Shown here one piece after another: positions 39,864 to 52,477 of a stretch of 64,000 bases of DNA (position 1 is the stretch's first letter; each line of letters begins with the position of its first letter). The DNA comes from Octopus sinensis. Lineage: Eukaryota. The notes under the pieces are model-generated. The model was not told where the DNA came from. It did no database searches and was given only the letters and a program-made list of their open reading frames with translations. The DNA is taken from contig NC_042997.1 in assembly GCF_006345805.1 (NCBI RefSeq), positions 130,820,001 through 130,884,000 of the forward strand, written 5' to 3'. The position numbers and the translations under genes are program-made.

Positions 39864-40317
39864 TCTGGGATATGCCAATACACACAGATAGAGAAATTAA
39901 AACCAACAGACCATATAGTTGTCAGAGATCATGAAGAAAAAGAATGTTTCCTAATTGATGTATCAATACCAGCGGATGACAACGTGTCTCTAAAAGAAAT
40001 GGAGAAACTTTCAAAATACAAAGACCTGGAAATAGAGGTAACCAGAATGTGGAATCTAAAAGCAGAAACAATTCCTATCATAATAGGTGCATTAGGCATG
40101 ATAAAAAAATATTCAGACAAATACATAACAAAAACACCAGGACTTACAAACACATATAACAAACAGAAAATTGCACTACTAGGCACTGCACACATCCTAC
40201 GCAGAACACTTTCCATACAATAACCATCAGAGCATCACAACAAATCACAGCACATACCCAAGGCACACAGAGCTGCGCTCGGTAGTGAAGTGAAAACACG
40301 CTATAAAAATAAAACTA

Positions 40318-40320
<3 letters not shown>
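39864..40320 (+). mobile_element. R4/Dong-clade LINE 3' fragment with restriction-like endonuclease domain
   Basis: WDMPIHTDREIK, frameshift, then IVVRDHEEKECFLIDVSIP..N...E.EK..KY.DL..E..RMW...IPIIIGALG (PD-(D/E)xK RLE); stop at 40223; (TAA)n on both sides. Confidence 0.85.
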
Positions 40321-40383
<63 letters not shown>

Positions 40384-40603
40384 CCATTCTACTATAGGCA
40401 CAAGGCCTGAAATTTGGAGGAGGGATAGTACACAACTGGTACTTATTTTATCGACCCTGAAAGGATGAAAGGTAAAGTCGACCTGGGCGAAATTTGAACT
40501 CAGAACTTGAAGGCGGATGAAATACCGCCAAGCATTTCGTCCGGCTTCTTAACGATTCTGTCAGCTCGTTGCCTTAATAATAATAATGATAATAACAATA
40601 ATA

Positions 40604-40649
<46 letters not shown>

Positions 40650-40702
40650 CGATGATGATGATGACGATGAAGATGACGATGATGATGATGATGATGATGA
40701 TG

Positions 40703-41525
40703 AAGGGGGACAATACAGAGATAGACATAAAATGTGGGGGTTTACATACTATAATGAAATGATAAAAAAAAAGGAAGTATACACGGTATACACTGATATA
40801 GAAATGACATGCTTAGCTTACAAAGGTAAAAATATGAAAAAAGTGGCGGGGAAGATGATAGTGATATGACCCTCCTGATACAGGAAGGCCTTTAGGGATA
40901 ATCGAGAAACCCCACTGTCCGAGATTTCCCTGAAACCCCAGGAGCAAGTGCCCTCTCCAATTCCTTCTCTCTGACTCACAGGTCTACACTTAGAGAGGTG
41001 CCATCCACTCTTGCCATTTCCACAATTTTCACCCACCTTTCGATAAATTCACTCGAGGATAGCACTTCCTTCTCCACTCTCAATTTTCTCTTCAAGTGAA
41101 ACTTGAAAAGGTCAGTGAGATCTCCACCAAAGAGGAAGTATCTGTCCTCATGCCTTTCAGTCTTGTCCACCAACAATCTCTTTTGCCACAGCCACCAGGC
41201 AAAGCAAAACTGCCTTGCTTGCCTGATTGAAACAGCGGTGGTGCGATCATCACTACAGACTCAGCTGACATACAGTTCCGTCTCACACGTGACAGCAGCT
41301 GTTCAACATAACCCCACAATCAGCAATGTGCGCACACTAAACGAGGGCGTGCAGAACAGTCTCGTCTTTCTGCGTGCACCTTGGACAAATCCGTCTAACA
41401 GCACATCCGTGTCTGAAGAGCTTATCTCAAACTGGTAGCACCTCCTGGTAGCAATGCCAGGCCAAGGACATCTGGAAATTATCCATGATAGTTCCCGACC
41501 GGAAAGTCCTCCGGAACAGACTAGC
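40703..41525 (-). mobile_element. Tx1/L1-clade LINE 3' fragment, diverged subfamily
   Basis: Homologous to 300-560 and 38150-38710 (FKFHLKRKLRVEKEVLS..FIERW); bounded by (GAT)n and (TA)n. Confidence 0.8.
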
Positions 41526-41529
41526 ATAT

Positions 41530-41676
<147 letters not shown>

Positions 41677-41789
41677 AAGAAAGAAGAGAGAGAGAGTGAG
41701 AGAGAGAGATAAAACTTACTCGGAAATAGATACCGTGCGTTTAATCATAATAATATAAATAATATATATGCATATATACATACACATAT

Positions 41790-42200
41790 GTATATACTTA
41801 CATATATATGTATATACATATGCATATATGGGTACAGGATTCATAGAACGTGAACAACATGAAATACGAAAACCTGGAATACGAACATTTTTTGGTGAAA
41901 AACGAAAGAAACAAATGGAAAACAAGACAAGCAACATAAAGAACAACCCTGCATCAGTTGTCGGCTGTTTTTCTATTCCGTATTTCGAATAATTCACGAA
42001 CAATTCGACAAAACAGTTGGTCACGCAAAGCAAATTAAATAAAATTTGGGATTTTGCGGAGGGTGAAAGTTGATAACAAAAACAGGACAGTGAAACAGAG
42101 TTTCTTTCCTTCCGATCAGCGGCAGAGATCAGATGCATTCTTGTCTGTCTCCTGTCAAAGCTTGTTCTTCCAGCGTTCGCCACCTCACCCCGTTAAGGCT
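41790..42200. mobile_element. Interspersed repeat beside (TA)n, possibly a Penelope-like stub
   Basis: Homologous to 62350-62590; minus-strand CTGATGC/CTGAAGA and CGAAA-like motifs. Confidence 0.4.
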
Positions 42201-42267
42201 TAGCGACTCTTTCTGCTTGTTTCTGTAAATATATACACATGTGTGTATAAGTATATATATGTGTGTG

Positions 42268-42351
<84 letters not shown>

Positions 42352-42392
42352 ATATGTATATCGTTGTATATATATGTGTGTGTATGTGTATG

Positions 42393-42715
42393 TGAAGGCG
42401 CGTGGCTTTGTGGTTAGGGCATTCTGCTCACGATCGTAAGGTCGTGAGTTCAATTCCCGGTGACGCATTGTGCTCTTCAGCAAGACACTTTTTATTTCAC
42501 GTTGCCTCAGTCCACTCAGCTGGCAAAAATGAGTAGTACCTGTATTTCAAAGGACCAGCGTTGTCACACTGTGTCACGATGAATCTCCCTGAGAACTAAT
42601 TTAAGGGTAAAGGTGTCTGTGGAGTGCTCAGCCACTTGCACGTTAATTTCACGAGCAAACTGTTCCGTTGATCGTATCACCTAGGACCCTCGTCGTCATA
42701 ACCGACGGAGTGCTC
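42393..42715 (+). mobile_element. tRNA-derived SINE family D, full length
   Basis: GGCGCGTGGCTTTGTGGTTAGGG (A box), GAGTTCAATTCCC (B box), CAAGACACTT..CCACTCAGCTGGCAAAAATGAG core. Confidence 0.8.
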
Positions 42716-43514
42716 CTTTATATTATGTGTGTGCGTGTGTATTTATATACAAATCGACTTCACGACTTATTCTTCGCAAGCCTAGTACTTACTGTATCGG
42801 TCGCCTTTGCCGAACCGCTAAGTTATAGGAACGTAAGCACACCAATACCAGTTGTCAAGCGGTGGTGAGGGGACAACACAAACACAAAGACACACACGCA
42901 TAAATATATACATATCCTTCTTCTATCTCTCTACTTTCCTTCGCTATCTTCTCTGTACTTTTCCCTCTGTGACTTCCCCCTCTCTCCCGTTCCTTCCCTA
43001 ATTTTTCAATTCTGCCCCCTACCCCTTTCTGCTCTTTCCATCTGACCGGTGTTCGGCCAAGCATGATCTTTCTTTCTCGGCCTGACCACCGCCTGTACAA
43101 CACCTTATTTTCCTGTCTCCTGACTTTCATTTTTGTTTTTGGCTCAAGGCTTTCACTTCACACGCCAGCTTAACTTAACTTGTCCTTATTAGTTGAAAGA
43201 CATCGGTTGTTATTCTCTTGTTGTTTGTATTTGTAATCGTGTAACATTTTCTTCATTTTCTCGTTTTTCTTTTGTTCGTGTTGTACACATTCGCTTGCTT
43301 TCTTCCAAAACTTTAATGCTCTTAGCTTAGATTTTTGGGGGCTAACAATGTTGAATAGTCTCAAGTGTAACAAGCTGAAACTGTAATGATAATTGGAAGC
43401 TTGACTGATGAACACAGAGCCACGAATGACCCGTCCTAGGTTTTCCCTGTCCGACTTTGTATTTTCTATCTGTCCGTATGTTTTTATTGTCGTCCGTTAC
43501 GTTCTCATTCCGTC

Positions 43515-43552
<38 letters not shown>

Positions 43553-44457
43553 ATACAACGGGCTTCTTTCAGTTTCCGTCTACCAAATCCACTCACATGG
43601 CTTTGGTCAGTCCGAGGCAATAGTAGAAGACACTTGCTCAAGGTGCCATGCTGTGGGACTGAACTCGGAACCATGTAGCTGGGAAGCTTGCTTCTTACCA
43701 CACAGTCACGCCTAACTTGATATAAAAACAACCATTAATGTGGGGGGGGGGCGTGTGTGTGTGTGTGTGAAGATGCTTAGTTGTTAGGGTGTTGCACTCA
43801 AGATCATAATATCGTGGTTTCGATTCTCACGTGTCGTACGTTCGGTTCTTGTGCAAACATTTCACATTACGCTGATAAAGAGTGTCGTGATCTCGGCTAG
43901 TTATACACCATAGACCTGCCCGCCTTGCCAGCGGGATATCATCATTTGAAAAGTACAATATGTGAGGAAGTGCATTGCGAGCAGTGATGTATAACAGCAT
44001 CTAATAGCCGTCAGATCGATCGGCAATATATATGTGCATGTGAGTGCATGTATGTCTTGTATGTATATGTGTGTCCTTAAATAATAGATAAAAAGAAAGA
44101 AAGATCGAGTTGTGATGTAAACATACATTTATAGCTAACAAGGCTAATGATCTAAAGAGAGCCAAAAAAAAAAAAAAAATGAAAAAGAAAAAATGGTGAC
44201 TGCAGTATATAACCTGTGACGCAACATCATAAACTAGTCTTTCAAATGTTTATTTATAAATGCTGCATCTGCAAACAGTTTAATGAGGCTGTTGGTTGTA
44301 TGCTTGTAGTACACCTTGTACTAACAAGTATTATTGAATTAATATTCTTTTGTCAAGATTTCTCTATGTTTTGCTGATGATGATAATGGTGACAACTATT
44401 ATATTTGACGCAAGGCTGTAAATTGTGAAGAAGGAAATACTAACGATAGAATTGACG

Positions 44458-44858
44458 AGGAGTGGCTATGTGGTAAGTAGCTTGCTTAAAAACCACATGG
44501 TTTCGGGTTCAGTCCCACTGCGTGGCACCTTGGACAAGTGTCTTCTACTATAGCCTCGGGCCGACCAAAGCCTTGTGAGTGGATTTGGTAGACGGAAACT
44601 TAAAAGAAGCCCGTCGTATATATGTATATACATGTATGTGTATGTGAGTGTATGTGTTTGTGTATCTGTGTTTGTCCCCCCAATATCGCTGGACAACTGG
44701 TGCTGGTGTGTTTACGTACCCGTATCTTAGCGGTTCGGCAAAGAGACCGATAGAATAAGTACTAGGCTTACAAAGAATAAGTCCTGGGGTCGATTTGTTC
44801 GACTAAAGGCGGTGCTCCAGCATGGCCGCAGTCAAATGACTGAAACAAGTAAAAGAGT
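44458..44858 (+). mobile_element. SINE family B (CORE-like), full length with internal microsatellite
   Basis: GTGGCTATGTGGTAAG, GGGTTCAGTCCC, CACCTTGGACAAGTGTCTT. Copies at 32750-33110, 43555-43713, 45902-46290, 55558-55962, 59705-60680 and 63678-63836. Confidence 0.85.
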
Positions 44859-44938
44859 ATATATATATATATAATATAATATTATATAATATTATATAAT
44901 ATAATATAACATAATATCCTATAATATAATAATGATAA

Positions 44939-45899
44939 CTAGCAGCATAGCCCGGCGTTGCCCGTGTATGTAAGAGCCCCTAGTAGGCAACGACTAATCC
45001 CAATCTAGTCCTTTCCCTCTAGGGAACGAAGGCGCATGTGTAGGTTGCAATGTCTTCTCTTTACTCGAATACTTCTGTGTATTCGATGTTCCTAGCTGTC
45101 CCTTTGGGCGAAAACATGAAAACGTCATTGCGCCTCCCAACGCGTGAACAGCCCACGTAGAGTTGACCGTGGGCGAAGCACTGTTCACCCAACTGTAACC
45201 CAGCGACTTGTAGCGTTTGGCCTTGGGATTTATTGATGAACATTGCGAAGCAGAGTTTAACAGGAAACTGAAAACGCCTGAAGTGGATTGTTAGGTCAGC
45301 GCCCGACGGTTGAAGGTGCATGCGTGGAATGAAGACGTCCTCTCCCTTCCCACAACCGGTAAGTATTGTGGACGTTATTAAATGTGGTGGCAAATGTTTC
45401 ACAATCAGATGTGTGCCGTTGCACTGTTTAGGTGGAACCAAATTCCTGATGAGCATAATGGGCGCACCGACTTTTAACTTCAGGATGTGTGGCGGCAGGC
45501 CTGGCGGTTCAAGTGAATTCAGGAATTCAACAGGATAATCGACAAGCTCGGCGGGGTCTGCTGTCCTATCAATAGATTTGTAGACGTGGACATCACCAGG
45601 AATAGCTTCAAGTAGCTGGATATTGATGGAGTTGAGAGTTAAAAAGGTCGAGTTGCGTCCCCTAGTCAGTCTGTGGTTTGTGTTTCTGATTGTCGACCCC
45701 ATGTCGAATTTATCGATTTTTTTTCAGAACAGGGGGAACTTTTCAAAATTTTCGCTGCGTTAGTTTTGAATTATGACATTGGGCTATGTGTGTGTCAAGT
45801 TTCATCAGAATCGGTTGAAAGCCGTGGTCATGGTGAAGTTACAACCTGACAGACACACAAACACACAGACAGACAAACTGCCGTTTATATATAGAGAGA
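44939..45899 (-). mobile_element. Internally deleted Helitron retaining a Pif1 helicase C-terminus
   Basis: 5' TC, 3' hairpin CGGGCAACGCCGGGC plus CTAG, A|T insertion site, helicase ORF inside. Confidence 0.9.
45061..45702 (-). pseudogene. Helitron RepHel Pif1-family helicase C-terminal fragment (open frame)
   Basis: YPVEFLNSL.PPGLPPH.LKLKVGAPIMLIRNL..CNGT; QFPVKLCFAM.INKSQGQTL; F.HGQLYVGCSRV (Pif1 motifs IV-VI). Rep domain and Walker A/B are absent. Confidence 0.9.
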
Positions 45900-46460
45900 T
45901 AATGGCCGTGTTGAAAAAGCTTGCTTCCCAACCACATGGATCCAAGTTCAGTCCCACTGCGTAGCACCTTGGGCAAGTGTCTTCCGCTATAGCCTCGGGC
46001 CGACCAGTCTTGGGAATGGATTTTGAAGATGGAAATTGAAAGAGGCCCGTCGTATGTATATATATTTATGTGTGTTTGTGTTTGTACCACTCACTACCAT
46101 CATCACCACCACCTCTTAAGAACCGGTTTCGGTGTGTTTGCGTCCCCATAACATAGCCGTTCGGCAAAACATGCCGATAAAATAAGTACCAAGCTTAGAA
46201 AAAAAAAGCAGAAGCACAGAAATTCATTCGATTAAAAATTCAAGGCAGTGATCCAGTATGGCCGCAGTCTAATGACTAAAACAAGAGAAAATAAAAGATA
46301 AAAATAATATATATAATACATACATACATAGTTGGAATTTACAAAAAAGGCAAAAAACAAAAGACGAAGACAGGTGTGTAAACATATGCATACATAGTAC
46401 ATACAATACACACATACATACATACTTACATATGTACGTACGTACGTATGTTTGTACGTA

Positions 46461-46971
46461 CCGTAAATCCCCGAGTATAGTCCGCCCTTGAGTATAATAC
46501 GTAGGGGGTTTTAGGGGGCTGTACCTCTGAAAAACCTAAACCTTGTGTATAATACGCACTCCTTCTCTAACTTGAGTTAAAGAGGTCTATATAACGTCCT
46601 TGGTTTGTAAAATTGTATACGGTAACGTCCTTTATTATTATTGTATATATAACATAATGCAAACGTGTAGCTTTTTTGTGCATTTTGTTTGCAGAAAATA
46701 AAGTAATAACAGTAATAACGTTTAAGAAATGTTGCTTATTGCAAGTTATGGATGATCCTTTTATGACTACCTTGCTTTCGGGCTTAGCTTAAGGTATTTT
46801 CACGCCCGACATCACAAAATGCGTCTAAACAAACATTGCCAGACAGCAAATAGAGACTTGGACATTGCTTAGAAAATAATTTTCATTTTTAACCTCGTAT
46901 ATAGTACGCACTAGGGATTTTGACCTTTAAATTTTGGGAAAAAAGTGCGGATTATACTCGAGAATTTACGG
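46461..46971. mobile_element. CCGTA-ended MITE, second copy
   Basis: TA-CCGTAAATCCCCGAGTATA ... TATACTCGAGAATTTACGG-TA. Confidence 0.85.
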
Positions 46972-47139
46972 TATGTATGTATACATGTATATACGTATGT
47001 ACGTACATACATACATATATACGTACGTATGTACATACGTATGTATGCATGGTTGCTATAGATAGTATGGTAAAGGCGGAACTGATTAGGAAAAGCTGCT
47101 GAAATGGATGTATAATAGTTTAATTGTACAAATATTACT

Positions 47140-47186
<47 letters not shown>

Positions 47187-47353
47187 CGTGTGTATGTGCG
47201 TGCGTGTACGTATGTACGTACTTACGTACGTATGTATGTATGTATGTATGTATGTATGTATGTATGTACGTATGTATGTATGTATGTAATTATGTATGTA
47301 TGTATGTATATTTTACAAGATTCCTGATGGGAAATCGTAGGTTGAAACAGCTG

Positions 47354-47675
47354 TTGTTAATTAGGGATGGTCAAATTTTTGGCCAACTAACTACGCACAC
47401 TATAAACTCGATCTTCACTTTAGCTCTTATTATTATTCTTATCTTAGCGCCCTTTGTCTGAAATCTTTCATCACACATCCTGTGCCCTATTCAGCGACTC
47501 CCCATCTCAGGAAACACGTGGAATGGAGAGCCGCTGAAGAGGTCACAGTATATGTGATGAAGGTTACCAGATAAAGGACACTAAGATACGAATAATAATG
47601 AAGCTGAAATGAAGAACACATTTACAGTGCGTGTGGTCAATTGGCAAAAAATATGATCATCCCCAAATATAACAA
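47354..47675. repeat. ~320-bp imperfect palindrome
   Basis: Arms 47354-47505 and 47523-47675 align along their full length; 17-nt loop. Confidence 0.85.
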
Positions 47676-48086
47676 TACACGATATATATGCACTTGTTTA
47701 GTGGTTTTAGTAATTGTGAGGTTTTGATGCCCACTTTCCAGCTCTCTTCACCGTCGCAGACACTCGGCTACAAATGATAATTTTTCTACTCTGTATGATT
47801 ATGTTTGTAATTTGTGGTCGAAATATCTTAAGTGAATTCAAACGAAAAATACTGCCCCGGCTCACGATCATAATGTCGTGGGATTAATATCTGGACGGGT
47901 CTGCAAGTTGTGTTCTTGAGCAAGTTACTTCATTTGACATTATTTCATCCAGCTGGTGAACAGCAGCTGCAACTGTCACTCCTACATCCTGGATGTGCAG
48001 CTGCATCATAAGACGAGGAAATATCTAAGTCTGCTCACGCACCATACAGGCACCTAAAACAATTAACGAAAGCATGGTACATATTG

Positions 48087-48310
48087 TGGAGGCGCGTAGC
48101 TTAGTGGTTAGGGTGTCAGCACCATGATCGTAAGATTGCGGTTTCAATTCCTGGACCGGGCGACGTATTGTGTCCTTGAGCAAAACACTTCATTTCACGT
48201 TGCTCCAGTCCACTCAGCTGGCAAAAATGAGTAATGCTGCGATGGACTGGCGTCCCGTCCAGCTGGGGAAACCGGGCCCATGAGCCTGGCTAGGCTTTAA
48301 AAGGGCGCAT
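48087..48310 (+). mobile_element. Chimeric SINE (family D core with family C tail)
   Basis: TGTCCTTGAGCAAAACACTT..CCACTCAGCTGGCAAAAATGAG followed by GACTGGCGTCCCGTCCAGCTGG..AAACCGGGCCCATGAG, as in 57970-58040. Confidence 0.7.
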
Positions 48311-48417
48311 TTATTATTTTTTTATGCTACATATTACTAAGCTACACGGCTGGCTCTTTAGTTATTTCCTTGACTACAGTATGACGAAAGGTAAAGTCGA
48401 ACAATATTTTTTTTCTA

Positions 48418-49708
48418 TCAGGTCATCCCATAAGTTCTGTCCGATTTTACCTTTTTTAAAATTGAATGGAATTCAATAATATTTTAGAATGTCTAATGGA
48501 ATTAAAAATTATTTTTATGCATTTGTGTACATTTAAATTAATTATTATATTACAGAATAATAGAATTAAAATTTCTTTGATTAAAACCCTTTCTAACATG
48601 GTAGTATCCAAAGAGCATTTGAGGCAGATAATGCTTTATGAGTACAAAAAAGGAAACTCTGCAGTCGAAACGACTCGAAACATACACTCAGCTTATGGGA
48701 AAGAATGCTTGAATGAAAGAACTTGCAGAAGATGGTTTGCAAAATTCAAAAGTGGAGATTTCAGCCTTGAAGATGAAGATTGAACAGGACGTCCAGTTGA
48801 GTTTGATGATAAGCTCCATGAAGTATTACTTGAAGGAAATCCAGCATTATCAGTTGAAGAATTGGCAATAAAGCTTAGTTCAAACCATACAACTGTTCAT
48901 CGTCATCAACAACTTGGAAAGGTTCCTAAACTTGGAAAATGGGTGTCTCATGAATTGTCCGAAAGCAACCGCTAATCCGAAGTTGACATCTGCTCTTCTC
49001 TCCATTCTCGCGAACTCATTTCACCATTTTTTTTTTTTTTTTTTTTTTTGATAGACTTGAGACTGGTGACGAAAAATGGGTCTTCTAGCGAAATGTTAAA
49101 CGTCGTAAACAATGGCTTGGTAAAAGGGAAAAAGCTCAACCACAACCGAGACCTTCATGGGGAAAAGGTTCTCTCTATCTGGTGGGATTGCAAAGGAGTA
49201 ATTCACTTTGAATTGCTACCACCTAATGCAACAATCAATGCTCAAGTCTACTGTCAGCAATTAGAGCGTTTGAACCAAGCTTTGGAGAAAAAAAAGACCC
49301 GCTTTAGTGAATCGAAAAGGAGTTATGTTTCATCAGGACAATGCGCGAATTCACACTGCAAAGATCACATCACAGAAAATCGAAGAGCTTGATTGGGAAA
49401 AAATTCCTCACCCATCTTATTCTCCCGACCGTGCTCCTTCAGACTACTATTTGTTTCGTAGTTTACAGAATCATTTGGGGGACATAACTTTCGCAAGCCA
49501 GGAGGAGGTCGAAACTGACATTTCAGAGTTCTTCGCTTTGAAACCAAAAGAGTTTTACATTGATGGGATTAAAAAGCTTGTAAATAGATGGAAGGAAGTC
49601 AAAGATAACCAGGGAAAGGCCATAGATGATTAAATTTCAATTAAATATAACGTTTGATCACTTGTTTTCTGTATTCAAAATTCGAACAGAACTTATGGGA
49701 TGACCTGA
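48418..49708 (+). mobile_element. Full-length mariner (DD34D) element, decayed
   Basis: TA-TCAGGTCATCCCATAAGTTCTGT ... ACAGAACTTATGGGATGACCTGA-TA; about 1.29 kb. Confidence 0.92.
48598..49633 (+). pseudogene. Mariner transposase pseudogene
   Basis: RRWFAKFKSGDFSLED, KWVSHEL, TGDEKW, HQDNARIH and YSPDRAPSDY motifs; stops, frameshifts and a poly-T expansion at 49027-49049. Confidence 0.9.
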
Positions 49709-50429
49709 TATATTATCATCACTTGTCACATCAAGTCAAGTAGTTGTAGTAGTGGTGGTGGTGGCGGCGGCGGCGGTGGTAGTGGTGGGGTAGTAGTAGT
49801 AGTAGTAGCAGCAGCAGTAATAGTAGTAGTAGTCAGTGCCGTCTTAAGACATGAGCACACTGGACAGTTACCCAGGGGCCTCACAAGGCTTAGGGTCCCA
49901 ACTCTCATCAATGTATGCTGTGGTTTACTGTCAATAACTAAATATAGGTTTTAGTGCATTGATTTTCCAGGGACTTATATTGCTGCTAAGATGGCCTTTG
50001 TAGTAACAGCAGCAGCAGCCGTTCAAGAATTCGAACCTGGAGATCTCCATTTCCAGCGACTTCGAGGGCTACCTCCCAGTGGTGTCGGGCGTCAACGAAG
50101 AGCCCTCGACTACAACAAGACGACCAAAGTTCTTTTTTCCAAGGTCTTGGGTCTCCCGCCCCTAAACCCTAGACCATCACCTAATCACCCTTACCCGTCT
50201 TGTTGCTTAACAACAACAACAATAACAACAACAGCAGCAGCAGCAATAGTATTAATAGTAGTCGTTGCTGTTCTTTTTCCTGTTCTTGTTTTACTAGTTC
50301 TTTAACTCCGGATTAACAGTGCTAGATAATGCAAGTAGCAGCATGCTATGAGCCCGGAATTGTCCGGGCTCCAGCGCAAAATGCTTTATGCTATGATACT
50401 ACACTCTCTTCAATATTCGTGAACGACTA

Positions 50430-50826
50430 AGGCGGCGAGCTGGAAGAATCGTCAGCACGCCGGGCGAAATGCTTAGCGGCATTTCGTCTGCCGCTACGTT
50501 CTGAGTTCAAATTCCGCTGACGTCGACTTTGCCTTTCATCCTTTTGGGGTCGATTAAATAAGTACCAGTTACGCACTGGGGTCGATGTAATCGACTTAAT
50601 CCGTCTGTCTGTCCTTATTTGTCCCCTCTATGTTTAGCCCCTTGTGGGTAGTAAAGAAGTAGGTATTTCGTCTGCTGCTACGATCTAAGTTCAAATTCTG
50701 CCGAGGTCGACTTTGCCTTTCAACATTTTGGGGCCTATAAATTAAGTACCAGTTGCGTACTGGGGTCGATCAAATCGACTGCCCCCTTTCCTCAAAATTT
50801 CGGACCTTGTGCCTAGAGAAGAAAAG
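50430..50826 (+). mobile_element. Dimeric SINE family A with TSD
   Basis: TSD AATATTCGTGAAC at 50412-50424 and 50827-50839. Confidence 0.85.
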
Positions 50827-52477
50827 AATATTCGTGAACAACTGGTTGTTTAAGCCCGACCCCAATACGCGGGACGCTTCCGAGATCCAATACACATCTA
50901 AACCAAATTATTGCAAGCCATTAAGTCCGATTCCGTGATTCTGCATTTGTGGTATTACTTTAGTACTTTACTATATTCAACATTTATGGACGACTGGTTA
51001 TTCATGGTCCATCCAATACAAAGCGTACTTCCGACATCCAGTACATTTTAAACTAAATTATAATCTGAAGGACGACACTAAAAAAAAAAGCCTTCATTTT
51101 TTGCTAGATGCTTATCAATAGCCTTTGTCATTCTATTTCTCTATTTCGTAAACTGATCTTATAATTGAGCTTAATTATTCTTTCTCCAATATATAAGGTC
51201 AGTTGAACGAATCGATTTTATACTAATACGTTGTAGACACCATAATTGTTAGCAATCAAATCAGGATGTTTAAACAGGTATGAACATTTTATTATGTGCA
51301 GTTTCTATTTTAATCTTAGGCCATTAAGAAGCAAAACCACAGCACAATTAACAAATTAGAATTAATATATTCACATCTTCAACAATAGGCCACAAAAACA
51401 AATTTCCACTGTACTAGTGTGGTGTAACAGGATAGAATATTTAAACAGCGTATTTTAGTGGCTTAAAGGAACAATGTTATACATTGTAACATTTAAACTT
51501 TGTTTTCTTTTGTGTTTTTTTTTTTTTTTTTAGTTCCTGAGGATAGCTCCACCCATTCAAATTGACCGCATAGTTTGTTGTGTCTATGCAATCATCTTTC
51601 AAAGTTGGCCTTCAACAAATCTGAAACTTGCCCATTAGTTTTAGTAGTATCCCAGGCTACCCGTGACCCGTTGAGTCACTGACGGTTCAGGTTATAAAAC
51701 TTTGAAGCTGATTCTCGAGCAAAACATTAAGGCGGCGAGCGGGCGAAATGCTTAGCTGTATTTCGTCTGCTGCTACGTTCTGAGTTCAAATTCCGCCGAG
51801 GTCGACTTTACCTTTCATCCATTCGGGGTCGATTAAATAAGTACCAGTTACGCACTGGGGTCGATATAATCGACTTAATCCCTTTTTCTGTCCTTGTTTG
51901 TTCCCTCTGTGTCTAGCTCCTTGTGAGCAATAAGGAAATATATAAAACATTGAAGCTGATTTCAACATTGCATTGAAATGAAAGTTAATTTTATGATGAT
52001 TCAGTTAAATATTTCAGTTCGTTCGTGTCATCATGGGTCTGGTTTACAAGTTCCTTTTAAAGGTTTTCTCGATTAGAAATAGAACTTCTGGGATAACAGC
52101 GTTTATTTATTATGACGTGTGCACATTTCCACAAAAACGCAAAAGAAATTGTTATAAAACGTAAATGGAAATAATTTTCCCATTTTAGGGTTATGTTATT
52201 TTCGGAGTATTTTCCCATTATGTACCGCTTTGGTTATTTATGAAGGTACCCTCAAAAAATGCGTATCTCGGGAATTCGTAGTCCGATTTACGCGAAACTT
52301 GTTTTATTCCGTTCGTATTGACATTTCAAGGGTACCTTACTTTTAGATCATTTTCCCGTTATGTATCGTTTTGGCTATTTATGAAGATACCCTAAAAAAA
52401 AACGCGTGTCTCGGGAATTCGTAGTCCGATTTAGACGAAACTTATAACAGGCAAGCAAGCACACAAACAAAACTGGC

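Noticed and set aside
42393-42470. tRNA-like sequences at SINE heads (also 23240-23316 and 57763-57840)
   Set aside because: They continue into SINE bodies and lack a full cloverleaf; not tRNA genes.
50830-51050. Minus-strand VLDVGS/VLDLGS peptides resembling methyltransferase motif I
   Set aside because: A diverged tandem repeat with stops and frame changes; no further methyltransferase motifs.
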